Source: Flectonema sp. DT1601
Lineage: Eukaryota
Length of the DNA: 64,000 nt
Direction of reading: 5' to 3'
Assembly (NCBI GenBank): GCA_964019425.1
Contig: OZ025801.1
Location: forward strand, 310,001-374,000
Part shown: in pieces, positions 1 to 13,444 of the stretch
Position numbering within the stretch: the stretch's first letter is position 1
Layout: every line of letters begins with the position of its first letter
Position numbers and translations under genes: made by a program
The notes under the pieces: generated by a model
Seen by the model: only the letters and a program-made list of their open reading frames with translations
Databases searched by the model: none
Told to the model about the DNA's origin: nothing

Positions 1-11
1 ACACAAAACAG

Positions 12-1288
12 ATTATTGATAAAGCGCAACTCGCCAAAGAGCACATGGAGGAACAGCTAAAGAGAGAAATCGCAGTTATGAAGTTGTTGAAGCACGATAA
101 CATTGTACAGTTGAAGGAAGTGTTGCATACTCAAAAACACATATATTTGATATTGGAACTTATTACTGGAGGAGAGTTGTTTGACAAGATTGTCGAAGCG
201 AAGAAATTCGATGAAGCTACAGCGCGGAAGTACTTCCAGCAGCTGGTTCTCGGAATCTATTACTGTCATCAACAGGGAATTGCTCACAGAGATTTGAAGC
301 CAGAAAATCTTTTAGTTGACGGAAACGACAATTTAAAGATTAGTGATTTCGGTCTTTCCAACCTTCAAAGAGGTGGAGCTGGTGGAGGTGGAACTCTTCT
401 TCAGACAGTCTGTGGTACCCCAAACTACGTCGCCCCAGAAGTTCTAAAAGAAAAGGGATACAATGGAATTACTGCAGACATCTGGTCATGTGGTGTTATT
501 CTATTTGTTATGTTGGCTGGGTACTTACCTTTCGATGACCCAAACATGAACGCTCTTTTTAATAAGATTGAGAGAGGTGACTACCGAATGGCGCGTCACT
601 TCAGTGATCCTGTAAAGGATATTATCTCAAAGATGCTTGTCATTGAGCCTGAGAAGAGAGCTACCTTGGATGAACTTATTGATCATCCATGGTTTAAGAT
701 TGACTTCGACCCAGCACAGTTGGAACGTGCAAAGGGACACAAGGTCTCGATTACCGGAGCGCAAGTCCAGGGAGCGGTACGTGATGTTGGTGAGCAGACA
801 GGTTCAAACGACCCAAAACCTGCGGGTGGACTTGCCACCGGTCTTGACGCTTTCGACATCATTTCTCGCCTCACTGCTGGAAGTCTCAACCCGCTCACCA
901 CAGGTGCCAGTGCTTTAGTCAAGAAGGCAACCCGCTTTGCCATGAACCAGGAAGCCAATGAATGCCTCAAATCCCTTGTAAACGCTCTTTCTGGACTCAA
1001 GGGTAACCCAAAGAACAAGGAAGGTACTGCAGAAATTAAGGGATTTGTTAACGCCAGCAAGGGTCTTATGACCTACATCGTTGCCATCCTTCCAACCTGC
1101 TCAGCCGGTCTTACTATTGTTGAGGTTTGTATTATCGGGTTTTGTTTTTATTCGAAAAAAAATAAATAAAATAAAAATAAAAATAAAATAAACAGCTTCG
1201 TCGTGGTAGAGGTGACACACTCGATTTTATGGAATTCTACAGAACTGTGACTGACAGCTTAGCATCAAGCATTGTTAGTAAGTGTTAG
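12..1288 (+). CDS. CIPK/SnRK3-like Ser/Thr kinase (5' end lies upstream of the window; exons 12-1124 and 1196-1288)
   Basis: HRDLKPEN, DFG and TVCGTPNYVAPE motifs. C-terminal LDAFDII (NAF-like) and spliced VE|LRRGRGDTLDFMEFY (KA1-like) segments. Acceptor CAG ends at 11; intron GT 1125 to AG 1195. Confidence 0.9.
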
Positions 1289-2003
1289 TTGCCGTTGGAT
1301 ACCTTTCCCCCCTCTCCCCTTCTCTTCGGTATGAGAACCATGCTGAAGGTAAAGAGAATAAATCGTTTTTTTTTTTCCTGTGGATACACGTGATTGATTT
1401 AGCCTCAGCTGCTTGACAGGTAGGACACTCTACCGTGAATCCCTAGGGTATTAAGAAAAAAAAGAAAAAATTAAACAAAAAAAAAAAAGGAAAGAACCAA
1501 CTAAGTAAGGCAAAGTATATTGGCACAACGCAATAACACACTTAAAATTAAAAATAAATAAATAAACAAATGAACAGGAGTATTCCTGCTGTTTTTAGCA
1601 CATACTGACCTAAATCCTTATTATGTTTTTGCGTTCCCTAATTTTTCCAGTTTTTAACAACTGTTTTTCGGCAGGTCTCACGACATCCCTTAGTTTTTTA
1701 CTTTTTAAATTAGTGTTTTTTTTTCTTTTTTTTTTTCTCTCAGCTAGCTTGTGCACAATTAAGAACGTGGATGTTTGCTTTTTTTTTTTTATTTTTCACT
1801 CCCAATTTCTGTTTTTTTTCTTTTTTATCTCATTTCAATTTAAATTCTAATTTTAAAAAAAATAAAAATAAAAAAATGAAGGAAAGCCTACCGTTGGGGT
1901 CGGGGATTACACACGAGCACGGAAAGCGGACCTGTTGCTCATTCTCATGTGCACAATTGAAACTTTTCATGCGGAAAGGCCCGTGGCAAAAGTTTCAAGA
2001 GGG

Positions 2004-2037
<34 letters not shown>

Positions 2038-2782
2038 CAATAAGATTGTTACATCTTCCCCTTCCCATTTTTTTTCTTTCCTTTTCTTTTCCTTTTTTTT
2101 TGTTGCCACGAGAAGAAGATCAGATAATTTTCAAAAAGGAACCAATTAGCAGCACTCGGTGTTGAGTCACTCACTGTCGGTTTTGCTTTTTCTAGTTAGC
2201 CGACATGTTTTGTCCTCATACCTCAACAGGAACCCCTCCTCTTCTGAAGATTATTATCTTGTTTCTTTTGGCTTTTTTTTCTTCACGGTCCCCTCCTCTG
2301 TTTACACCCGTTCCCCACCGTTGCAATAAAGTGAAATACAAAAAAAAAAAAAAAAAAAAAAAACCGAGAGAAAAAGTAGGGGAAAAAAAAAAACTTTTTT
2401 TTTCTAAGTCGGGTCATTGAGGACAAAGAGGAAAATAGTGAAAAAAGGAAGATCCCTCCACCCCCCCTACTCTCTATAACACACGCGCGATAATTATTGA
2501 TAAGTGTCCTAGTTTTTAAAGTGTGCCCTCCTGGATCTTCTCACGCCGAGACATTCAGGAGAGAAGCCCGAAAAAGAAAAGGAAGAAGAAACGGGAAATA
2601 AATTAAAATAGAAAAGGTATTTGTCGTGCTCAAAAAAAAAAAAAATAATAATAATAATAATAGACAACTCCTTTGATGACTGTTTCTCTCGGCTTTCATT
2701 TTATCTTCATGATGTCATGGGATAGGAGAACCTCCTTCCTCGGCCCTTTCAATTAAAGGGGAAAAAAAGAAGGGGGAAAAAG

Positions 2783-2816
<34 letters not shown>

Positions 2817-3493
2817 AAGAGAGACTTTTTTGCTGTGGCAAAGTCAAGGCCTGTCATTCCAAGTAGTTCTGGCTACCATTTATTTTTTTTTTCTTTCGCT
2901 GTGCAAACTGCCTTATTTCTGATGAATAATAATAAACCGAGGAGGGGGTACAAACAAACTAAGCTATACTAGCCTGAAAAGGGTGTTTTTAGTGATTTGA
3001 ATATATAAACTTGAGCTGGCGCATGTATGTTGCGAAGCTCCTTCCCCCTTTCTTGCCCAGCCACGACAAGGGAAAATAAACAAACAAAAAAAAAAAAAAA
3101 AAAAGTAAACCCGCCCACCCCACATGTGTACATTAAATATTTTGGCAGTTTTTTTTTTTTTTTTTTTTTTTTTTTGAATTTCTTTTTCCCCTCTTTATTG
3201 TCTTCCTTCATAATTTTCATTTTCTACTCACCTTTTCATTCTCGTTGATTCTTTAGAGATTATAATAAAGAATGGGGCAGGTAATTAACTTTTATTCTTG
3301 ACACAGGTTAACACACGTTGGATAAACTGCCTTTGATCTTGTTCAGTACTTCCTGTTGATGGTGAAGCAATGAGAGGCTGGTCAAAAATAAGAAAAACGT
3401 ATTTTACGAATCCCATCTTAAATCTGTTTTGTATTTTCCCCAACTCCCTAACAGTTCCTTTGCAACTTATTCAACAAAAAAAAAACTAAGAAA

Positions 3494-4075
3494 ATGGGAT
3501 CCGACCTCTCTACGATGGTTATCACGTCCGATCAGAAGGCGTACTTTGATGCTCCTGCTTCCTGGGCATTTTCACAAATGAAGGATGCTAGAAATTGGTA
3601 TGCAGCCTTCTCAGAGCATGATGACAACCCGCACATGAGCTTACGTGGATCAAATATTGAAGTTGGGAGAGAGTTCGATGGTGTTAAGAAAGTACGAACT
3701 CAACAACAACAGACAAGTGGGAACTACAGAACAACTTGGATGGAGATGAGGGATGTTAATGTCAACCTGCGTGTCGAGGAGCTGACTCCAAACGAATACG
3801 TGAAATTCTGGGGAAGTGAGTCCTGGGCTGAAAACAATAAGTCTTGTGGTGATCCTTATTTCTTAGAGTTTCGTATTAATTCACTCTCTGCTAACTCTTG
3901 TGAAGTAGAAGTGACGATGACTTTCTCAAACTCCAACGCTTGTCTCTTACCATGTGTTCTTATGTGTGGTTCTTGTATTAGAAACGCTGGAAAAGGAAAA
4001 TTAAAAAGCGCCATGATCAAGCTTAAGACAAACCTAGACCGCGAACTCCACAGTGGAGTGAAAAAAATGCGCTAA
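3494..4075 (+). CDS. Hypothetical protein, possibly START/SRPBCC-like fold
   Basis: 193-aa ATG ORF after a pyrimidine-rich AG. Beta-rich pattern with a C-terminal helix; the fold is inferred. Confidence 0.6.
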   Translation: MGSDLSTMVITSDQKAYFDAPASWAFSQMKDARNWYAAFSEHDDNPHMSLRGSNIEVGREFDGVKKVRTQQQQTSGNYRTTWMEMRDVNVNLRVEELTPNEYVKFWGSESWAENNKSCGDPYFLEFRINSLSANSCEVEVTMTFSNSNACLLPCVLMCGSCIRNAGKGKLKSAMIKLKTNLDRELHSGVKKMR

Positions 4076-6633
4076 ATTGTTTTTCCCCGTTTTTATTTTT
4101 TTTTATGGTGTCCTTGATCTTATTTAGTTTATTTTTCGATTAATTAGCGTCGACGTTTTAAATCTACTGTAAGGCTGCTGGGAATCAAATTGACCAAAAC
4201 AGCGCCATAAAAAAACGATAGTTGAACTGCACTATTTTTTCTCCGTATTTTTCCTGTGTGAAAAGAGTAAAGAACATTGGTGGGATACCTCTCACCTCAC
4301 TGCCAACCAAAGACAAGTTATTCTTAACACCTTTTTTTTTTTTTTGTAAGCCAGCAACCGCAGTTAGCAGGGATGAAATAACTTACTAGGAATAGGTGAA
4401 TGATGCTTAGTTCACAGTTAGGTAAATATTCAGACCGGCAGCATTACGTCCCTGTCGGCAATGAGTCTTTTCCCACTTTTTTTCCCCCTTCTTTTTTTTT
4501 GCTTGTTTTCCCAAAACAGGATTCTCACGTAGTAATATTCTAGCCTTCAATATGCTGCAGAAAAACCTGGTCAGGTGTGTCGTACGTCTTCGCATTGGGC
4601 AATGTGTTGCGAACACTTGTTGCAAAAAAAAGAAAAAAAAGTATTCATTCAAAAGTACCGAACTATCTTAGAAATAATACTTTCAGTAATCTCTTTCTGA
4701 CAGATTCGGATACGGCTACGGATTGGGTCCTCTGTTGCTGTGAGTTACCTACTCATAATGTACAGCAAATTAGATTGCTGGTATTATTTTTTTTCTTTTT
4801 CTTCTTTTTTATCATCTAAATTGTTGATCAGTATCACAGTGGCCACAACAACATTATTTTTTTGGTTTAGTTGCTGCTGTTTTCCGAAAATACTGATTTC
4901 TTTTTTTATTCTCTCTCTTTTCTCTCTTTTTATTTTTTTTTGCATTCTCTCAACTAAAACAACAAGGCAATACTTGTTTTCTCTGAGGGGACTCTTGTTC
5001 ATCGGTGCTTACTTTTTGTCCTTCTTTGTTCATCCGTTTCTCGGTATTCCTGTCTTATGTCTCCAACAGCCATCAGTTTTCAAAAGGAAAGAGGAAACCT
5101 GATGTTAGCTGTTAAGAAGATGTAGTGTTGGTGGGAATTACTTGAAGAATGACGTGAGATGAGCGCTATCTTATTATTTTATCACTGTTTGAAGGGAGTC
5201 CTCTCTTCTCTTGTTTTCTCTCTTTTATCTGAATTATCGGAAAGGGAAAAAAAAAAAAAAAGAAAAAAAAAAAACGCGTGAAATTTTGTGTCTTTTTTTA
5301 CAAGGGAGGTTTCAGGCAGCAGCTGGCAAGCAAAAGAAAATAAAATAAACAGCAGTAGAATGCTTCGTCTTCCTTTTCTTTATATCGATATGCCAGTCAG
5401 CTTGTCTTGCTTTCCCTTTCACCAGATCACTTCTCATATTTATGAAGTGATTCATCTTTACCTTTTTTATTATAAAAACTTGCTTACTTACTTTATGATC
5501 GCCGCATGAATGCTCTCAGTTTGCTATTCCTTTTGTCTTCACAGCTGGGGTATAGTTTTTGTACGGGCAGGGTGGTCTTTATTGATTTTCTATTAGATTT
5601 AAACATAAACTAATATAAAGAAAATAGGCTGTAATCTTTTTAAGGCTCTCCTCACACGAGTGTCTTATTACAGCAACGAATTCACGAATTAACAGCCTGT
5701 AAGATGGGATAGGTTTACTGGTCAGCTGTTCTCTACAACAATAACAACAAACAGAAACATGTTCCTCCTTTTTTTTTATTTTTATTTGAGTACCAACGTA
5801 CTCGGGAATGTAAAAAATGATTAATATTTGCGACCTTTTCGATTCTTATCCTTTTTTTTGTTTATGCACTCATTTTTTTTTTTTTTTTTTTTTTTTTTTT
5901 GCACCTAAACAAGTATTGTTTGGCTCCTCTGTTGCTGTGAGTTACCTCCCTAAAGCACAACGTTGGATGTCTTGACTAACTTAAAAATTCCTATTTTAAA
6001 TAAACCTTTTCTATCTTTTGACAGCTGATTATCCAATTGGATTTTAGTCTTTTGTCGATATTGAAGAAGAGGTCAACTTGACCTTCTTATTGTGCTCAAA
6101 GTGACAAGGTATCTGATCAAGGTGTCTTTATATTGTGTGGGTCTCTCGCACTTTCCTTTAGCACTTTTTAACCCATCACTAGTTTTGTATTCTTTGGTTT
6201 AGAATCCAAGAAAAATAAAAAAATATAAAAAAAAAAAAAGTAATCACAATTTGCATCCTAACCTCTTCCGTTTGTCCTTGGTCAAAGAATAGGAGCACGT
6301 TCGTAGCTTCCGGTTCTTTTTCATTCTTGATTTTGTAGAGGGGGAAAAAAAAAAAAAAAAAAAAAGAATAAAAAAATTAAAAAAACTAAAGTCACGTAAT
6401 TAATTCATACACTCCGATGGGTGGTGGCGAGTGTTGTGTAATTTTCCCTTCCTTTTTATCGTTTCATGATTTTTTCTACCCCGGCTTATTATTATTTTTA
6501 TCATTCTCTTTCACAGGTTTTGTTTGATAGATCCAGTCCATATATTTATGTCTTTATAAATATGCTCAATCGATCTGTCATTCTGAAAATAAATAAATAA
6601 ATAACAATAATTATTTTCATAAAAAGGTCCAAC

Positions 6634-7957
6634 ATGTGGCGCAGGGGTGTTGCCCACACAGCCCGAAGGGTAGGACGGCGGTACTGCAGTAAGAAAGTCG
6701 CTGAGCCGCTTACTAGAGAAGTGAAAATCCGGCATTTTTTAGCATGTGCGGTACCCATGGTTGGGTTTGGGATGATGGACAACACGATAATGATCCACGC
6801 TGGTGATTTGATTGATAATTTCTTTGGACAATATCTGAAGTTCACACTCATTGCCGCAGCATTTGGACAACTATTCAGCGACGTTGCTGGTGTCCTCTTT
6901 GGAGGAACTGTTGAAGCCTTAGCTGCAAAGGTTGGATTACAATACCCATCAATGACAAGTGCTCAACGAAGTCTGAGATCCACAAAACTTTTAGGTACGT
7001 TAGGAGCTGCTATTGGTGTAATGATCGGATGTGGGTTGGGAATGATTAATTTATTGTTTCTCGACTTAGAGAAGGCTGACAGGATGAAGAGAGCTGAGAA
7101 AATGAGAACTCTCTTCGATGCTATTATGGCAGAAGGATGGGAACTAGTGAACTGTGATCGATGTACTTTGTATCTTTTAAATGATATCACAGCACCTGTT
7201 CAAGATCAACCACTCACTCCTGGAAGTAAACCTCCAGCCAGCCTATTCACAATGGTTCGCCATGGTGTCTATCCAACACAAGAGGAGTTAGCTGCTGCTT
7301 TTGTATATGCGACAGGAAAGGTATTTACTGATGTTTTTTTTCCTTTTTTTCAATAAATACCCTACACAAAAAAAACAAAAAACAAAAAAACAGACCCACG
7401 AAGCCACACCAACAGTAGAAACAGAACAGTTGGCAAAAGTTCTCATTCGAGTAGGATGGGAGCCAAAAAGAGTTGCGCAAATGTTACCAGAGAGTCTGAC
7501 TCTTTCTTTTAAAGAATACAGCGAATTCATGACTAGTCATGTTTCACAGGTTTGTTATTACTTATGGAATTACAATTATTTTTATCTAAACTTACCTGAC
7601 TAAACAACAAAATAGGATCAATGCACTGTCCCTCTCCATCCTGGCGGAACAAAATGGGAAGTTGTCACGACAGGTCAGAATCTTAATATCCCTGATGTGT
7701 ATGAGGATGAGAGGTTTAAGAGTAATCGACTTTCTGATAAGTACAGCGGGTATCAAAGCAGGTCGATATTAATCGTACCTGTGAAGGACAACGTTGGAAG
7801 GGTTATCGGTCTTATCGAACTTATTAATAAATTTGAACAGGAGATTCATGCAGATGGAGAATCCGGTCTCAAAGTGACAGCCTTTACAGCTCAAGATGAA
7901 CGACTATTACACCTAATGTGTGCCCATTGCAGTACATTCATTTCACACATGGGATGA
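6634..7957 (+). CDS. TMEM65-like membrane protein fused to a GAF domain (exons 6634-7320, 7394-7549, 7616-7957)
   Basis: AVPMVGFGMMDNTIMIHAGDLID...AAAFGQLFSD...GVMIGCGLGM matches TMEM65. CDRCTLYL...NIPDVYEDERF...SILIVPV...GLIELINK...FTAQDE matches GAF. Two phase-0 GT-AG introns keep the frame. Arg-rich N-terminus suggests mitochondrial targeting. Confidence 0.8.
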
Positions 7958-8826
7958 TTGAGTAGTCAGTTTTTAGAGTTCGGTGAATTCTATCTGAAGT
8001 AAGGTTCTCAGACCCTGTTGTTGTATTAAATATCTTCTTGAGAAGCTCATGATGGAGTTGAGGGAATTTTTTTTTTTTTTTTTTTTTGGACGATTTTCCC
8101 AATAAATGAAAAGTATTATTTTTTTAAAGTTAAATTATAGATTATGGATTGTTTGTTTCCCTGTTTTCCTTTTAAACGATCACTTTCCCACTCAAGAAAT
8201 AATGTTCGTATCGCATCCTTACCTGATGTCTTTCTCCTTGAGTTGGATTTGTGTTGTTGTTGTTTGTCGTTGTGAAGTCTGTTGAGTACGTTCCCCGTCT
8301 CCCAAAACTTGTCAATCGTTTTGTTTTGTTTTGTGAAATAGAATTGTCAGCTTGAAATTAACTTATTAAATATCACTCACTGTGGGAGGGGGAGAGGGGG
8401 GGGGAAACCTTTTATTTTAATGCATGTCATTCACTTGTTTGCGTCTTTCTCTTCGGAGTTCTAGTTGAGAAATTCGCAGGTTGGTATAGCTGCTAAAGAC
8501 CTCCATCGTTTTGTGGAAGGAAACCTTCAGAAGCAGTAGTAAGACGTTATGTCTACGAATATTCTCTTTTTTCATTCTGTTTTGGTGTTTTTTTTTTTTT
8601 TTCCTTTCTCACCCCCTTCTCCCTCACCGTAAAAACCTTGCATATTATTACAAAAAGATTTAACTGTTGTTTGTTAATGAGAAAAAAAAAAAAAAAAAGA
8701 AGAATGGTATCAGCAGTACCATATCGATGGCCTTAATTGAAAGTAAAAAAAGAGATGTTTGTAACTGTTAGATAAACTTCGTTTTCACAGTAAAAAAAAA
8801 AAAAAAAAGCAAAAACAAACTCAAAA

Positions 8827-9738
8827 ATGGGAAACAGTGGAAGCAGCAATGCCGATGAGGTACTCTCGAAGAAAATCGCAGAGGCGACAGCGAAATGCCA
8901 TCAAATGCAACCAGTGAGAGAGAAGTTACTCACAGACAAGGTATTCAGATCAAGACTATTAGAAGCTCTCGCCTTGACTTTCTCAGGAACAAAAGATTCA
9001 GAACCAGACTTGTTGTTGAATTGGATTATGGGATCAAAACTAGCAGATCGTGAAAAGTGTATGGCTGAGAGAAATAAACTTGCGTACCTCTTCATGTTTT
9101 TCCCTTTATCTACGTATTCTTTATTCCCTAAACTGGGTGAGGTTATGCATCTCGTTGATGAGAAGACTGGCGCCTTAGCGACTGTAAACACAACTAACAC
9201 CAACCTCCAGGATGATAAAATTTACCGCGACCCGAGTGGTTCACATAGTATTCCATCTGCGTTTGTTACTTTGAAGTACTACCCAAATGGATTCAATGGA
9301 AAGTCATTTACTGAGAGTTATTGGTGGGACGCCTGTGCATTCGTACAACAGAAGATGGCTTGTCCTTCAAAGAATGCCCCAGCCTGGAGTACTATTTTCG
9401 ATACTTTTGGCAGAGCTGATAAACTAACTCAACTACTTGACAGCGAACATAAAAGACTTTGTTCTGATGTTCCTCACATCTTTGTTGGATGTGTTTCAAT
9501 CTCTCCAGAATCTCAAGGGAAGGGAGCCTGTTCTAAACTCATGAGAGGTATTAATCAAATCGCTGATGAGTTGGGCTACGCTTGTTACCTCGAGGAAGGA
9601 GGTGAACGTCGTCTCGGAATCTACAGACGATTTGGATACGAAATTGCATCAGGTCCGCACACTATTGATGATAAGGAGGGTTCTTATGATGAATTACATT
9701 TGATGATGAGACCAGCAAAAACACCTGAAGTGAACTAA
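8827..9738 (+). CDS. GNAT-family N-acetyltransferase
   Basis: C-terminal VSISPESQGKGACSKLM...CYLE...YRRFGY acetyl-CoA-binding motifs. MGNSGS is a possible N-myristoylation signal. Confidence 0.8.
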   Translation: MGNSGSSNADEVLSKKIAEATAKCHQMQPVREKLLTDKVFRSRLLEALALTFSGTKDSEPDLLLNWIMGSKLADREKCMAERNKLAYLFMFFPLSTYSLFPKLGEVMHLVDEKTGALATVNTTNTNLQDDKIYRDPSGSHSIPSAFVTLKYYPNGFNGKSFTESYWWDACAFVQQKMACPSKNAPAWSTIFDTFGRADKLTQLLDSEHKRLCSDVPHIFVGCVSISPESQGKGACSKLMRGINQIADELGYACYLEEGGERRLGIYRRFGYEIASGPHTIDDKEGSYDELHLMMRPAKTPEVN

Positions 9739-10118
9739 TACAATACCAGTGTTGGTTTGAAGAGATCGCTCGCGTGTTAACTTTTTCTATATTTCTCCTC
9801 CTTCATAGTAGTCAACGTACTGTTGTCAAGACTATCACCTCCCCAGACTCGTTTGTTACTCTTCTAAGCCAGAACCCAGTCTAGAGACATACATGCTTTG
9901 CAGTGTTCCAATAGGTTTATCGGGCCAAGACTAGCTTCGGCGAGTGGCTTCAATCAAATTCACATCCAAATCTGGGATACTCAACCGGGTCTATACGAGT
10001 CCGAATTGACTGGCGAGCGTAACACTTCGAGGAGCCTTGTTGTTCCAAGGGTTAGAGCTTTATCTGTTGTTGTGAGTACTTCCTCAGAGGAATGACTTGA
10101 ATAATAAATTTATAATTC

Positions 10119-11788
10119 GTATTGTGATCAATTCTGATCAATCACTTCACTTCACGCATCTTATCTTTGATGTCCTACAATTTATTGATTGATCGTTTTG
10201 TTTATTTATTATTGTGATAACTTGCTAATACTAATAAAAAGTAGTACTCTTTTTTTTTTGAATCTTTTTTGATGACCGTTTATTCTATATAGGCCGCTCT
10301 GCATTCGCTTCAGATTTGTGTACTGTGGTGACCCATTGTAAACCAAAACTTGTACAAGTTTTTTTTCCAGCAGCGCTTTGGCTTAATCGTGTGTCTACAA
10401 TGAAGAAACTAAAACTGTTATGTAGTTTGCAGGGGGCAATAAATCGATCCCTCCCCCGACAATCATCTTTTTCATTTTCATCTTCTCCTGAAATAGCGTG
10501 GCTGCGTTGCGTCTACTGTAACTGGTACTGCTTCTTTCAGAAAACGTTTTTCTTTTTTTTTTAAAAAAAATTATTAAATTGTTGATTTCCCCCTCTTCTT
10601 ATTTGTCTGCCACAACCAATTCTGCATTTTTTTTTTTTTTTTCGAAAAAAAAATAAATAATGTTGTTCAGCAGAGAGCGTGAAAAAAATTGTAAAAGCGC
10701 GTGACTTTTTATTTGTTTTAAAATCCCCTCTTGTTTTATAAAGTCATAACAATTATCCATCATTACGAATGGATGGGGGAAAAAAAAGAAAATGCTGTTA
10801 AGCAGCCAGTGTGAATAACTTTGTTTAGGGCGCGTGACTTTGTCTTCGTTTTAATTTCCCCAAACAATTATCTGCCGCGCAACCGATATTGTTTTCTATC
10901 TTTTTTGCTACAAAAGGAGGAGGAATATTTTTTTTTTTTTTTTGTTCAACAGCCAACGTGAAGAATTGTTAGAGCGCGTGACTTGTCTTTGTTTCGTAGC
11001 TGGCAACTACTGTCTTCCAGCCTAACGATAAATGCTTGGAAATCAGGGAAGGCCAGGGAAATTTATTTTTTTTAATTTTCTTTCGTAGTATGGCGGCATT
11101 TGATACAAAGTAATTATTTTGAAGAAACGTTTTATTTTTTCGAACGGAAAAAATATATTTTATTTATTACTCTCATCTCCACTTCCCCAATTGATCATTT
11201 TTTCCCCCTTTTTTGTTTTCAACCTGTTAGTCTGGACAGGTGGGTAGTTGGGAATATCCTTCCGGCTATAAAAATACACTCTCTGTGGTTGAGTCCTCAA
11301 CTGGTGTGGGTTACCCAGACCCCCCGCAGTCATCAGTTCTCGACTTGCTCTAACCGCCAGCAGTAAGGAAAAGCGCCGAAAGACGATTATAGCAACTGAT
11401 GAAGGACATTGCGTGCATTTTATGAGAAGTAGTTGAAGAGATGCGTGCCCTACAATTTATTGATTGATCGATTATTTTATTTTATTATTGTGATGACTCG
11501 CTACTAGCTAATACTAACCACAACTGATTCTACTACTCTGGTCCGCTCACGGCGGTGATCTGATGGTTCTTTTTGGTTTTCGAAAATAACCAAAAACACT
11601 TTTTTTTTTTCTTTTTTTTTTTTTCACTGATTGACTTAAATCAAAAAAACTTATCGGGTGAAGGGAATTAACAGCGTCTCTTAAGCACTGCCCGCTGTGG
11701 GTCTGGGTAGTCACTTCTGGTTAACTTACGTCTCTTCTCACTTGTTGTGTTGAATTACTGTTACCAGGGGTTTTGACTTCCGACTTCG

Positions 11789-11819
<31 letters not shown>

Positions 11820-12130
11820 CCTAGCTACCATCGATCTTTACTCCCTTCCAGAGTGGCAACAGGTTCTCTCTTGTTGTCACGTACTTGCTTCTTAGTTAAG
11901 TGATTCACAAGAACATTGTTATTGTGATCAATTCTGATCTATCACTTCACTTCACTTCACTTCACTACTCACATTGAACTGTTGTAAAGCATCTTATCTT
12001 TGATGTCCTACAATTTATTGATTGATCGATTGTTTATTTATTATTGTGATAACTCGCAACTAGCTAATACTAACCACAACTGATCCTACTACTCTGGTCC
12101 GCTCACGGCGGTGATCTGAATGTTGTTCTT
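10119..12130. repeat. Dispersed non-coding repeat, 3 partial copies (~10119-10235, ~11447-11575, ~11917-12130)
   Basis: All three share CCTACAATTTATTGATTGATCG. Copies 1 and 3 share ATTGTGATCAATTCTGATC.ATCACTTCACTTCAC. Copies 2 and 3 share CTACTCTGGTCCGCTCACGGCGGTGATCTGA. Confidence 0.8.
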
Positions 12131-13444
12131 TTTTTTTTTTTTTTTTTTTTGCAATGCGACTTTTGGAAAATTTGAGGAGGAAAAAATAAGAGTGAAAATA
12201 AACCAAAAAAGTTTTTCTTCTTTTCTTAAAAATGTGCCTCGTGAATCCAAACAAGAGACAGCTTCCTGTTTCGTCGAGTAGTCGACTTGTTTACAATATT
12301 TAACCATTCATTCCACTGTCCCTCCCTTGACTCGAAGTGTTAAGGAGGTGGTCAGATGTCGGGTCTCAGATGTTTACAAAAGGTCTGACCTCTTGTGGAA
12401 TCTGGAGTTGTATTGTTTCCTGAAATCTGATAATAATAAAACTTTTTAATTCATTCCTTGACAAAGTAAAAGTCTTCTAATTATACTCAGAGGGTCCGCA
12501 TAGTTTACTGTGAGTTACCTTCTTGGAGCACTCATAATATACAGTAACGTTTGGATTAAATGACTAATTAGCAAACAAACAATGTAGATGCGAGTGGAGC
12601 TTCTTCTCCCTGCAACTATCCTTCTTTCATTTCGCTCATCAGACGCTTTATCCTTTTTTCTGTTTTTTAATATAATTTCTTGTTGCTGAAACCCTTTTGT
12701 GACTAAAAAATTATTTCTTTTTATCGTTGATTTCCCCCAGTGATTTCTTTTTTTTGGATTTATTTTTTCGTGTTCCCTTATGTGATGAAAAACTGAAAAA
12801 AAAAAAAAAAACTGTTTGTTCAGCAGACGTCGTGAATAAACTTGTTGGAGCGCGTGACTTGTGTTAGTTTTGTAGGCGACTACTCATTTGATTCTGTTCG
12901 TTACAGATTGATATGGTTATTCCTCCGCACCCTTAATTTAGTTTTAGCCAGTTTAAAGTTGCTTTGAATAGAGGTAAAGAGGGGCTGTGTAGACAACTCT
13001 CGAAAGGATAAGTTAATCGATCACCGCAGTTCACTTTATCCTTAGCAGATGTACGTTTTGAAAATTTTACAAAACGATCACCCCCCCTCCCTCTGATCCC
13101 GCTCAAACAGTTAACTAGTTTTAATTATGTGTTCCTCTCTCTTTTTTTGTTGTTTTCGGACAGCTGGGAAATGATCCTTCCAGCCGATCTCTATACTCTA
13201 CTGGTGGTGAGTTAGTAGCAACAGCTTTGTGTGTTGTTACTCACTTGTTTCGTAGTCCAGTAGTTCACGGGAATATATTTTGATCAAATCTTGATCAGTC
13301 ACTTTGCTCACATTTATCCAAACGAAAATATCAATTTGTTGGAGTGCTGCATTTTAGCTTCTTGTTGTTGCTGTCAATTTGATTTAAAAAAAAAAAATTC
13401 TTTTTTGAAAAAAAAAAAAAAAGGACGAATATAAAACAAACAAG

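Noticed and set aside
1623..5509. Short Phe/Lys-rich ORFs here and in other intergenic regions (excluding 3494-4075)
   Set aside because: Artefacts of poly-T and poly-A tracts.
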